A stretch of DNA of 59,250 nucleotides, filler included, from Basidiobolus ranarum (taxonomy: Eukaryota), in NCBI GenBank assembly GCA_040143965.1. It is 11 parts of 11 records of this genome, joined end to end, with 100 filler letters (N's around TTAATTAATTAA, not from the genome) between each part and the next. Parts side by side here need not be neighbours in the genome. Positions count along the whole stretch, not along the records: positions 1 to 5,305 come from JASJQH010001637.1; positions 5,406 to 10,708 come from JASJQH010001638.1; positions 10,809 to 16,109 come from JASJQH010001639.1; 8 more parts are not named here. One strand, given 5' to 3'. Every line of letters begins with the position of its first letter. Within the stretch, counting starts at the first letter, position 1. The position numbers and the translations under genes were made by a program. Positions 1 through 12,169 of this stretch are shown here, piece by piece. The notes beneath the pieces were generated by a model. It searched no databases and had not been told where the DNA came from. It worked only from the letters and a program-made list of their open reading frames with translations.

Positions 1-1727
1 CACACAGATTCAATTTTGTGCTATTTTCACTTTCTAAGCCTGAAACAAGCTGATTTCAGAACATTTAGGTCTGTTTTGGTAACTCAATGTGGCTTAATAT
101 TCTATGCCACAGTTGACAGAGTTTTTCACTGATTGTGGCCATGTTTGCATGCTCAGAATGCAATCTGTTGATTTATAACATTTATAAGTTTTGAGTTTTG
201 ATCTCAATAGTTAATTTCATATTATTCTGATCTGTGATAGTGCATCTAGCCTTAATGAACATGATATTTAGTCCTTGATTTATTGCTTCACTTACTGAGA
301 GTAAATGCTTAGCTGTATGTGGCACAGAGAAAACATCATCCAATTTTGCATATAGTGTAGCTGAATTTTGGTCTAAAATGAGCATAACTCTGCCATAACC
401 AACTGCAGCCAGTGCATAGTAGTTACCCAGGTTAACTTTTGTTGTTTGGATGAGCTTTAAGCAGGAAAACCAATCTTTCATATATGAAATATGTTGGGAT
501 GCTGCTGAATCAATATATCATCATTCTGGTTCTTCCTTAGTGGTCATTAGTACAGCAGCCACAAATAAATGATCCCTATCAGTATTTGATATGCTTGTTG
601 CAATTTGAGCTTTTTGGCAAGAAATATTCTCTGCAATCTTTGTTTAAATGGCCTGGTATTTAGCAATACATGGAGATGATTGATTTCTTATCAGGGGCAC
701 CAATATTGAAGCTTGTTGGATGTTTTCAGCTCCAACATATGCCTATTGTGCATTATTTTTCTGACAATTAGATCTCCTTGATATCTCATTCAAAAGCATA
801 GCACTAACATATTCCATTTTGAATAGCTCTGATCTGGAGTCAACAGCAATTATGAGGTTGCCAAATATGCCTGGCAGACTCCAAAGTAGTGTCTTGACAA
901 AGTCATCTCTATATAGAGAAGCTTCAAAGGGTGAGAGCTGATTTGCAGTATTTTTATCCTATTTATAAGATTAGCCATAAAACCATCAGAATTCATCTGA
1001 ATTGAGAGCAATTTTTGCCTAACATGCAGCCTATCAGGCAGACTTTTAGTCTTGGTGGTCCCTCATGTGCTGACCAAGCAGTATGGATGTTTTTGGCTCA
1101 GTGTATGTGCCTGAATTGAGGGTCTCTGTGATGTAGACAGAGTGTGGAGAGTGCTTTCCTCTGTTTCTTATGACAGGCAAGGATAGCTCCTGGTGGTACC
1201 TTTGGCTCTATTTTTTTCATGTAACAATTTCCCAAAGATCATTGTCTTCTATCACTATTTGCCTCTTGAACTTCTAAAGGCAAAACTCTTTGCAATCAAA
1301 CTTCTCTGTGGATGCAAAAATATTGGTTATAGTATTAGTAGACATTCTTTTATCAGCTAGCATGGGACTCATAACCTGATAAAAGTTTTTGGGGGATTTG
1401 GAAGTGTTTTGAATAGGATTTGTATTTGCAAATTAGAAACTTATGTCTTGTTGAATTAAAGATATCCTCTTTGAAGTTTACTATGAAATAGAACTATTGG
1501 ATGTGCTTAGTTCAATACAAACATGCCTGTCAAATATTGTGAAAATTTGAGTTGATTTGGAGAATTTTTGAGAGAATATTTTAAATTGGCAAAAGTGATC
1601 TAATTAAGATTTCTATTAATTAGAGCAATAAACACATGTCTTTGAATGGCAAAATTGATTGCTAAATACTCAGAATATAAACTAGATAACTACTGAACAA
1701 CAAGTTCCTTTTTATCTAGTTTCAATA
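1..1727 (-). mobile_element. Degenerate Ty1/copia retrotransposon, 5' part (family-A LTR, PBS, gag, protease, start of the GAG-pre-integrase region)
   Basis: LTR ~1377-1727. PBS GGTTATGAGTCCC at 1376-1364. gag ATG at 1345 (MSTNTITNIFASTEKFD...). Protease motif *YIDSAASQHISY at ~520-480, followed by DVFSVP..KHLLSVS in ORF 182-481. Many stops. Confidence 0.85.
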
Positions 1728-2298
1728 TATACATCACATCTGTGACCTTGAATAACTTCTGATATTTGGTGTCAAACAGACTGTGGGCCTTGGATCTGTC
1801 TTAGTAACCCAGAACTATGCATTTACTGGTTGCAAGCTTGCATTTGAAACATGTTTGTACTGGAATCAACTACTAAACTGAGTAAACCAAAGATCCTGAG
1901 ATGTTTCACACTTTGTTATAAACTTTACAGTGTTTCAAAGGAAGAAGAACTTTGTGGCAACTTTTTCAGGAATCTGTTTTCATCTACACCTCAATGTAGA
2001 TTAATTCAGCCCAGGATTGAAGAGCTAGCTGTTCATCATGTTAAATTGAACTTGCAACCTCTATCATAGTCCCACTCACAAGCTCTGGAACTTCATTTTG
2101 CTTAGGAGTATCAGGTACAATAGATTATTGCTTGATTCCAATTATAGCCCAGAACTAGCAAAGCGTTTGAAGCAGTTCTCTCCCCCCACCTTTGTAACTC
2201 CTGAGTATCCTTATTTATAGTGTTGATTCTATCTCTACCACCAAAATATATTATGCTTGATCATATCTTAGGCTTCAGGCTTTGGTTTGAGAACAAAC

Positions 2299-4275
2299 TG
2301 CTGATATTATGTAAATAGCAACTCAATATTTAGTAGTTAATGTATTGAAGCTTGAGTATTTAGCACTCTATTCTGCCATTCAAAAGTGTGTGCTTGTTGC
2401 TCTAATTGAATGTTTTATCAATTGGATCACTTTTAACAATTTTCACCTTTTTCTCAAAACATCTTCAAATCACCTCATATTTTTACCCATGCCTTACAGT
2501 CATATTTGTTAGAAACTAAGTATATCCAATAGTCCTGTTTCCGAACAAGCTATAAATGGGACATATTCAATTTAATTAAACTCTGGTGTTTATTTCACAA
2601 GTCCAAATATGGTCCAACACAGTTCCAAATACCCTAAACACTGTTATAAGGTTATAAGTCCCAAGCTAGCTGATAAAGGAATGTCTACCAGTACTATCTA
2701 CACCATCTTTGCATGCACAGAAAAGTTTGATGGTTAGAGTTTCACCATTGGAAGATCAAAATGGACATGATACTAGAAGACCATAAACTTTGGGGAGTTG
2801 TTAAACGTGAAGAAATAGAGCCAAAGGGACCACCAGAAGCTATCCTTGCCTTTCACAAGAAGCAGAGGAAATCACTCCCTACATTTTGTCTACATATAAA
2901 TAATCAGCACAAAAAATAATGGTATTAAGGAGTGAGAAAGGGGAAGAATACTGCTCCAAAGACTTTGCAAGTTTATGTTTCAAATATGAAGTTAAGAAAC
3001 AAACTACCAAACCATGTATACAACAGCAGAATGGAGTTGCAGAACATGCTAAAAGGACCAAGGTGGATATAGCAAGAGTAATATCACATGATCAAGAGTT
3101 CTATTATCAATATTGAGCTGAATGTGTCTCCTACACAGTCTGTAACAAGAACTGATACCCTTCAAGTCTGCTACAAAACTCTACTCCATTTGATGCCCTA
3201 TGTGAATCTAAACCAAGAGTGGATCATCCAGGATCTTTGGTTGCACAACATATTGTCTAGTTCCAGCTCAAAAATACCCTGAATTGAACTCAAAAGCAGT
3301 AAATGCACATTTCATGTTACTGTGATGAGTAAAAGGCCTACATACCGTTTGATACCAAAAAACTGTTTGAATTAGGTAAATAGCAACTCATTAATTAGCA
3401 GATAGTATATTCATATTTTGATTATTTAGCACTCAATTCTGTCATTTAAAAAGTGTGTTTATTGCTCTAATTGATAGAGTTATCACTTAGATCACTTTTA
3501 CCAATTTTCACTATTTTCTCAAATCTACTCCAAATCATCTCAAGTTTTCACTCACACTTAACAGGCATATTTATTATGACTTAAGTATGTCCAATAGTCC
3601 CATTTCATAGTAAGCTATATATTGGAAATTTTCAATTCAATAAAACTTGAGTGTCATTTTTATAAATCTAAATCTTGTCCAACAGACTTCCAAATCCCCA
3701 AATCACTTTTATCAAAAACAAAAGTCAATCAAGTACAGAGAGGTAAGTTTGGATGAAAAAGTAGATTTGACACCTTGAGTTACATTTCTTGAGCCAAAAA
3801 TAGAAGCTGCTCTATTCTGGAAGAGTCTGACAGAATCCAGTGGTATCTGAGACCAAATAAACCAGAATCTCATTCCTAATTACATCAGATGATGATTCAG
3901 GACCTAAGATTGTCCAGAAGGAGGAATAATCCAGGGCACTGCAGGAATATTTCCAAAGATATCTAAGCTTTTGCAGCAGTCTTTGATGAGCCACAACTGC
4001 TAGATCAAGTTCTGGTATATGCATAATCATAACAATCAGAAAAGCAATGCAAGATGAGTCTTCTTCACTTCAGGACAATGAAACATGGGTATAAGTCATG
4101 TACCATCAGGAAAAAAGCCAATAGGTTGAAAATGGGATGTTGAGTCAAGAACCAGGCTAAAGGAACTATAGATAGGTACAAAGCAAGATTAGAGGTAACA
4201 ATTTATTCCCTGACTCCATGAGTAGATTTTGATGAATCTTTTGCTCCACTAGCTCTGCTTAGCTCCATTAGCTCA
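2299..4275 (+). mobile_element. Degenerate, internally deleted Ty1/copia element (family A), head-to-head with the element at 1-1727
   Basis: LTR 2299-2649, PBS-like GGTTATAAGTCCC 2650-2662, gag ATG 2681. The sequence then jumps to integrase (RSEKGEEY, QQNGVAEHAKRT in ORF 2919-3116). The RT N-terminus follows at ~4040-4270. Confidence 0.85.
3364..3714 (+). mobile_element. Solo LTR (copia family A) with 5-bp TSD AAAAC, nested in the post-integrase region of the preceding element
   Basis: TGTTTGAATTAGG...TTTTATCA termini. AAAAC at 3359-3363 and 3715-3719. The flanks rejoin into sequence colinear with the uninterrupted copy at ~31530-31600. Confidence 0.88.
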
Positions 4276-5305
4276 ATCCAGCTTCCCATTAGGCACTATG
4301 CATTTAATATTCAACAACAATCCAATACTGCTTACTCAGCAATGTAGTGAAAAATCAACATGAATGAGCCATTCAAGATAGGATTAAAGTTTGAATTCAT
4401 TGGGAAAATGCCTGAAAATGTCAAGATACCTTGATATTTTACCAGGACTCCCATCAATATCCACTCATCTAGGCATTTATTCAAATGCAAAGACTGGAGG
4501 TATAGGACTTGTATATGTTCAAGTAGAATTTGGAAGAGATTTCTGCCTGATAAGTATTGGCAACACTGGGAGTTGTTTGTCAATATTGTTAATATATTCC
4601 TATGGCATCAACTCACATTGGCCAATCTTGGGTAGATACAGCAATTGTGCAAATATTTTTTAATTGGATATGAAAAACTTTATTACAGGTTTAAAGAAGA
4701 TAGACTGAATCTATGCCAGTATTCAATACATTCCCTGATGCATCTTTCACAATGCTTAGAGATTATAGGCACTTGCTGTACATTCTGGGAGTTCCCAATG
4801 GAGCACACCTATGGTGAAATAATACTCCATGTGAAATTGTAAGTATTACCATATACTATTCTGATGAACAACATATCAGCAAAATCAGTGACAAATGTAA
4901 TGCAATGGGTTAAGGAGACTCCAGAGTATATTACCCTTCCAACAAAGGGCTCTTTTCAATGTGCTCATGGGTATTTGCATTGTTTGAGCACAATAACAGC
5001 ATCAAAGCCCAATACATGGACACAGAGTAAGTACCTCTATAATTCAGACTAATTTGTTTTTGTAATTATCTGACAGTATTTTTGGGAAAGCATTAAGATA
5101 GACTTCTTGGTGAGATAGATTAAGATATGCAGTATAATTGTTTTAGCCATGGGGTAATCAATTCAAGCAATGATATATCTACTTGTGGCAGGATATTTGT
5201 TGACTGCAAGTTGGGGATATATTGGCTGAGTTCTCTATGGAAATTGCCAAAATCCAAGAGCTTATTCTCATTGTGAATGGTAACAAGAGTAAGCTATTTG
5301 CCAAG
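4275..5305 (+). mobile_element. CACTA/EnSpm-like transposase remnant (C-terminal half), cut by the contig end
   Basis: HSLMHL...G.....FWEFPMEHTYG resembles the H..H...GP....W.F.MER..G motif of EnSpm-type transposases. Colinear with 36577-37590. Confidence 0.7.
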
Positions 5306-5405
5306 NNNNNNNNNNNNNNNNNNNNNNNNNNNNNNNNNNNNNNNNNNNNTTAATTAATTAANNNNNNNNNNNNNNNNNNNNNNNNNNNNNNNNNNNNNNN
5401 NNNNN
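5306..5405. other. Artificial contig spacer (first of 10: 5306-5405, 10709-10808, 16110-16209, 21509-21608, 26905-27004, 32301-32400, 37694-37793, 43085-43184, 48475-48574, 53864-53963)
   Basis: Each spacer is 44 N + TTAATTAATTAA (stops in all six frames) + 44 N. Contig lengths fall from 5305 to 5287 bp without ever increasing. Confidence 0.98.
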
Positions 5406-7215
5406 GCATGTTATTGCAAGTATTCTACGTGGAGAACTCTCCTCATATTTGGCTCATATGCTTACTTATACTGGAAAATCATGCCTATAATGGATCTGTA
5501 CTTGAAATACTTGGAAATGTACAGCTACATTACGCTGAAAGGTGATTGATGTGCACTTATGCATTAATTATCTACTTAGAAATCAAGAAAAGACAATCTA
5601 ATCAATCTAATGTTTCCAACTGCCACTGATTACCTCTGAATTATCACGATTTTTAAATAGATTAGCTACTGTCTCATCCGGTCGGAATATTCTGTTGACA
5701 TTAGTGAACAATTGGTAAAATCCTGATAGTGCGATTCCTGTTACTTCAATATGCCTTTGTTAACTTCAAAACAAACGTAATGAGGTCAAAGTCATACTTG
5801 GTTGCCCATTGTGACTATATGGTTACACAAGACCGACCCAGTTTTTTTGTTTAGATGTTCGGAATTGCGTTACGCTGTTGTCATCTCAGATGATGTCTGA
5901 TAACAAACCAGGTATATCTTGGGAAGTAATCCCACTATGTTTATCTGTCGCTGACTGCAAAATGGACGAACAATTCACGAAGACACCTACGAGCGGTTTT
6001 TTCTATGCTTGAGGTGTCCTCACCATTGTTCAGGCTAGGCACATGTTCCAAATGCAAAAATATAGCGAGTAAATAGTTTATGCAAGCATAGTGGTCAGAC
6101 ACGGCATTTCTAAATCGAAAGCAGCCGAGAGATCACTGCACTCCACGTACGAAGCCATTTGGATTTTAAAGCCAGAAAAAGAGGTAAATGTGGTCAAGGT
6201 TGTTGAATCAAAATTAGTTCAAGTGATATTGCACGCTTTGCACATTGCTTGAATTCCCATATTCCAACACCAATTTCCGTGGCTTAGAGTACTTACTAAT
6301 CGAATTTCTTCTCCAACATGGTTGCGTATTTTCACTCTAGCTCCGCGGCTATTTTAGGACAAACATGATATAAATTCACATGAAAATGATTGAGTATTAT
6401 TAACCCGGCACTCGGCTTGCAATGGATTGAAACATACACATTTAGATGGAAGCCAATCGAGAGTTTGAGCTGGTGGCTCACATCTCAGATGAAATGTAAC
6501 TGGTTGCGAGGTACTAAGTCACACTCCTGGAGAGTGAAACATTGCCGCTTAGCCATCCAGAGGCTTCATATGGGTGTGTCTGTTTTAACATCTCCGAGCG
6601 GAACAACCCAAGGTCTTTTGTTGCGCTAAAGGACATACATGCAGGGGACTCTTGGTACTAATACTTACAACCCATGCTGCTTAACTGCATAATGATTGGC
6701 AGACTGTGTCAGAAAACACCAACAGCAGCTATGCGGGGAGGGTGTGATTTCCTGATTGTATATCCCTAGCCATGTATCAAATTTTGGTCGATAGATATGG
6801 AAGTTTTGATTTGTCAATTCTATCGATTCATCAAAATCCGTAAGTTGACTAGAACAAATCAAGCGATCAGCTAGTAGCATACACTTGATTCAAAGATTGA
6901 CTAAAGGATTTGGGGCCATATGAAAAAGAATTATTTCCATAATTGGTGCTGAGTTCTGAATTAGTACCACTTTGATAGTATATACTTGGCATTTATTATT
7001 GCTATCGAAATAGCCTGGCTGCAGAACTGGCATTCAGATTATTCTATGCTGATATCTTGATACTCGCATTGGTTATATAAATACTCTACCTCCAAGGTGT
7101 TACCGACACTTCTATTTGTATTGGGAGTGTTTGTGGTTTTTCGGAGGATCGCTCTTCTATCATTTCAACCGACCAAACTAGTTTTATTCTTGTATTTGCT
7201 TGGTGCTTTTCTTAA

Positions 7216-7950
7216 ATGGCTATCAAAATTTCTCGATCTTCTGCAACTCTCAATATGTCTTCCGAGAATAAGAAACAAGCCAAAAGTTCTGCCAAAAAAG
7301 ATTCTTTGAAGCGCAGGCTTTCTGGTATATTTTAACCTAACATCGATTCGCGGCCATCACCTGTTGAGACAACAAAACTCGAGAAATCGTCTGACAATTA
7401 CGCTTCCTCTCAAGTGATTCCAAAACCTACACGCCGTTTCTTTAGCTTTCCTTCCTATCGTAAGAAAGATACAGAGCTCACTGTTCCTATTACTATCACG
7501 ACTGAGAAAATCCCTCCTAAAGAGCCTGCTGCTACAAAGGAAGTAAAGATCCAAGAAAAATTACCTGTAAAGCCACCTGTAGCAAGAATTCAACATGATA
7601 CTCCAACCCTTCAACAAGCATACAATATTAGTCTTCGGAAATTACAGCAATCTTCTCAGCGACCATTAATTCAAATCCTTTTGGTACATCAGACTATTAC
7701 TAAAGCCACGCTAAAGTTAAGCGAAGGTATGCATTCGGTCAAGCTGATGCATGAGCATCCTGACGCCAGAGGTTCCAACCGTAAAATCACGTTTGTTCGC
7801 CGTCGTTCTGGTCCCAGCATTCAGCGGTTTTCGTCTCCCCCACCTTACTCTACGGTGGAAAACCAAGTAAACGATAGGGATGATGACGTACCTTTAGGAT
7901 TATTACAAAGAGAATTTGTGGGACCTGCAGCACCAATTTTTGTAGCTTAA
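7216..7950 (+). pseudogene. Hypothetical S/K/P-rich protein gene with one in-frame TAA at 7333-7335 (nonsense allele, pseudogene or sequence error)
   Basis: ATG 7216 is in the same frame as ORF 7414-7950 and reads MAIKISRSS...KRRLSGIF*PNIDSRPS...QVIPKPTRR. The downstream part has a SERTA-like helix, a PPPY motif and a DDDVPL motif. Confidence 0.55.
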
Positions 7951-10455
7951 CGATAATTTGGTCATATCAGAAGGCTACCTTATCCAATGTACATTTTTGA
8001 CCCATTATATTCACATCATGGTTGAGCCCTCACGAAGTCATTCATTAACGTTCTATCTCGTTGCTACCACTTCAAAGTGGTAACACAATTTCAATCCATT
8101 TTTGTGCTGTACATAGCATATCCTCAAATAGTGATCTACTGTCTTCGATATCAGTTAATCGGACAAATTGTAAAAATAAAGGCACGTTCGTAATCTGCCT
8201 AACTCTAGATTATTCATCGTTTCGCACTTTTTCATCATGACTGGGATTAATGTGTTATTGAACGCTATTTCGAACTGGGCTGTTGCCAACTATTTAGCGC
8301 TAACCTTTCAAATCTCTTTTAATTCATAATGACTCAGTCGAAGCCTAATCAGTGCTGGTCGTTATTTTACCAGCAGAAATGGTAAAAGTTCAATCAGGCA
8401 TGGGTGGGAGGGCTATACTGGTTCCATCTGGTCAGAGTTTATTAGATCCTAGCTAGTATTGGATATCCATTGAAATCCACCATATTTAGATATCAATATC
8501 AAATAGAAAGTATGGCAGCACTAGAATGAACTGCTGTATTCGTTCGATAGAATTAACAAGTGAGATCTAGGTCATTGACGGAGAATCAACGCTTGAGAGT
8601 ATTCAAAATATTCACATGAATACAAGCTGATCCCTATTCATAAGACAAAGAGTTTCAACTCTTACTGATTGATTCATATGCAATGGTGGATGGTGTTCTA
8701 GAAAGTTTTAGGCAAAAGCGAGGGCTAATTTTAAACGGTATCCTGGTTGAAGACTCATGAGGTTTCTTAATAAAGGAGGTAGCTAATTTCGATAGATGAA
8801 TGGCGGCTGACTAATATCGGAGTAGTAGCCTGAAATAGATGTGCACTTACAGAAATATGTCCTATATCTTCTGCGGAATTGAGAGTTCTGATGCTTCCTT
8901 AATAGAATAGATAGGCTATAAATGAGTGATTCGTGATACCGGTGGGAGTACAAGCTATGACCATATTCTTGATTAGCGACTAATTTGGGACCATAAAAAG
9001 GGTCATTCTAGTGTCACAGAACGTAAGCAGTCCTTGAAGTATAAACGAGATGTATACAGTCATGAGTCTTGAAACAGACCACTTGAGACTGTCTTAATTG
9101 CTGCTCTTTCATAATGAATCAAGTCTGTGATCATCACAAGAAAAACAGAAGTTGGTGTACAAATATCATTTCTAATCAAGAGAAACAATGTGTTGATTAT
9201 TCAATTAGGATAAACAAGGCATATTAACTACATACCTGCGTAACAACTCGAATCTTTGGATCCTTTCAGTATTCCTTGTTAACGTGCCTTTATTAGCCAC
9301 CCAAACCGTATACTTTTCAAGTTACCCTCCTCCTCAATGGTACAACACAATCAAGGTGCACCCCCCCCCCCCAGAAGTATATATATATGTCCAAACATTT
9401 AGCGAAGATTCTGAGAATGTTGATTTAAAATGGCCTCTGTAGCATCTGTGTATGAGAGGCTTCAAGTCAGTTATATTAAAAGAGCCCTTGGACATTATCT
9501 ATACTACCCATATCGTATGCAAACTCTCTGAAGGTAATGAGTGCTTAGAAGAGAATTTCAGAACTGTATTCACTTCATCGATCATGGCTTTAGTTCCATT
9601 TACTATTGCTTCCCAACTTGACAATTCTATGGATGGGAAGTCATATTCCAAACGGATAAAAATAGACGAACCCAGTGGTTTGCTTTTAACACTTATGCTT
9701 TTTACTGAATACCCGTGGTGAGGTTCTAGACTAGCCTAACCATGAAGCCACTTGAATTATTTTGATTATGTTTAGCATAGTCTATTCCTGCAACGTATCT
9801 ATGATTTCACCTCCATAGATTGCCCTCGGTATAGAATATATTTAAATGGCTATATACATCAGCTGGGTTTAAGCCCAAATTAGTTACTCTGGCACAATTT
9901 TCAAGCTAACACTTAGTTAACTACAAGGCTAGAGGCTAGTTAAAATTAAAATACCATGGCGGTTAGTGATATTGATCACTGATCCTGATCAAGAAAATAT
10001 CGTTTTCCAGTTACTTCACAGGCAAGTGGGCCTCAAGCCGTAAATTAAGTAATAGTCAAGTCCTATTATGCAAATCTGTGCTATTATTATAAAAATTGTT
10101 GCATAGAGTTCCTTGAGTCGGCATTTCTCCTTCTCATAATGTACTGATGGTTCATACTTACAGGGGGTTGTTGTGTTTGCTATAGAAGCTGTGTCCCGGC
10201 CCTATCAAGTTGTCTGGACGGCTCTAGTGACAAAAGAGTGCGGGGATGTGGGCCAATTTATTTTGTTGTTATTCGAAGATACAATAATATGAGTGCATCA
10301 GCCAAAGCAAAGAAGGAACTATCTTCTGTGGGATTAAGGATGTTCGGGCGGCGAAAAGTATAAAATAATGGGTACTATAGAGGTGACTAATCATACAAAA
10401 TAAATGAAATGCGAGTGTATGCACTCAGTATTGGGGGTCCGAGTCGGAATGGAGA

Positions 10456-10708
10456 TCATGGGAATTGTGAATTAAGGAAATTAGCGGCTTTATAGATATC
10501 GCGGTCCCTTTCAAGTACTTGCTTTACAATTTCTCGTTGGTAGCCACATTCGACTAGCCAATCTTCTATGCCACGATGGAGAATCTTTTCCATATAATTA
10601 GCCCAAGCTGCTTCTACATCATCCTGTACTCTTTGTAAATGGGTCATTCCAAGAACTGTTTTGATGGTGGCAGTTCAGTCTGCGCTAATCGGCCTGTGGT
10701 CTGAATTG
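10456..10708 (-). pseudogene. 3' end of a probable inositol polyphosphate 5-phosphatase gene; 5' cut by the contig end; contains an in-frame TGA
   Basis: The frame of ORF 10456-10647 extends upstream as NSDHRPISAD*TATIKTV. SDH[KR]P[VI] is the C-terminal catalytic motif of the 5-phosphatase family. Confidence 0.55.
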
Positions 10709-11169
10709 NNNNNNNNNNNNNNNNNNNNNNNNNNNNNNNNNNNNNNNNNNNNTTAATTAATTAANNNNNNNNNNNNNNNNNNNNNNNNNNNNNNNNNNNN
10801 NNNNNNNNAACAGCAATAACAACAATCGTGCTAATGGGTCAGACTCTAACAAGGCCATCTCTGCAGTGAGCGCTCTAGTAGTTATGTCATTAAGTGGATA
10901 CCTGTATCTACTTGTATGAAAGCCCAGAATAGAAGCAAAATATTGCAAATAGGTTCTGTAAGAGTTTGAAATAAAGTGTGATATACATCATGAATTCTTC
11001 GTTTCCGGTTGTAGCAGTATGATATCCATGTTGAAGCATTTTTATAAGCCAGAGTTTTTATGCCTTAATGATAAGAGTTTAAACCATGGATATTTATTGT
11101 GTTCGATATTTTCTAATAAAGAAAGGTTAGATTACATACAATCCATCTGATTACAAGCGAGTTTCTCTT

Positions 11170-11841
11170 TCACTTCTCTAAATTTTTATCTTTGGGAGTC
11201 TTTGAATGAGTTTCAAGGTCTTCTAAAATCAAATTCAACTTTTGGTTGAATAAAGTGGAAGATGGATCTGCTGGGAATTGGATTTTTTCTAGAATCTCTT
11301 GAAAACTATTTGGTTGAATCTTCCGCTGTTCATCTGGTTGTTGATTTTCGTTGTAAGCCTCTGCTATTTTTAGACCATGTTTCAAACCTGTAGAATATCC
11401 ATATTCTTCGCCTGTCTTCTCGCCTTGAGTATACCCAGCTTGCTTACCAAGCTTTAATCCCTCTGCTCGACTATCCCTGAATCCTTCCCAATATCCATCC
11501 CTCTGGCCATTTTTTTCTCCCTCACTCCTCCCATACTTTCGTCCCTCGATCTGACCTTTAGCTACGCCATGTGAATGTCCTCTTCTATACCCTTGACTTT
11601 TTCCTTCTTTATAACCTTCAAAATAAGCGGCTTTTCGGCCTTCTAAATATCCCTGCTCATAATCATTGGCCATCTCTTCGGTCACATCATTTGTTTCCAG
11701 CTCTTTGGGTTCATTTATGGCATCTGTCCCATTTGTCTTATTATTCCAATTGGTAGGCTTCGACTCCAAACAGACTATGTAGCCCAAGAATAACGTCAGG
11801 AAAATACAAGCAAATGAAAATAACTTCATCGAAGTAGCCAT
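11170..11841 (-). CDS. Predicted secreted protein with a long GX3 (glycine-zipper, FliH/Yae1-like) repeat
   Basis: Intact ORF (ATG 11841 or 11829). Hydrophobic N-terminus MKLFSFACIFLTLFLGYIVC. Sequons NKT and NGT. 24 consecutive tetrads start with G, A or S. Confidence 0.75.
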   Translation of the reverse strand: MATSMKLFSFACIFLTLFLGYIVCLESKPTNWNNKTNGTDAINEPKELETNDVTEEMANDYEQGYLEGRKAAYFEGYKEGKSQGYRRGHSHGVAKGQIEGRKYGRSEGEKNGQRDGYWEGFRDSRAEGLKLGKQAGYTQGEKTGEEYGYSTGLKHGLKIAEAYNENQQPDEQRKIQPNSFQEILEKIQFPADPSSTLFNQKLNLILEDLETHSKTPKDKNLEK

Positions 11842-12169
11842 GCTCCGCAAATCGAACCAGTAACACTTTATAGCTTAGTTTTGAAGCAAGGATATCTTCA
11901 CATGAAACCTTTGGGTGACGTTCAACAGGTTTACTAAACACCATAAATAAGATGTACAGAATTGTCAGAGGGCCCAGAATGATAGATTCGAAAGGAAATA
12001 TTCTAAATGATACATGAGTAATTTTATAATCCATGAATACATAACAAACGAATGGTTTCAGGGGTGAAACGATGTTGATGTGAAATTTTTGTTCAGTAGA
12101 ATATTACAATTGAGAAATTAATGAAGGGTATCAAAGGTATTGCTTGCTTAGGGAAAGACATGAGAATAT

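Noticed and set aside
5350-5361. Regularly spaced TTAATTAATTAA palindrome every ~5.4 kb
   Set aside because: It is an artificial six-frame-stop linker embedded in N runs, not biological sequence.
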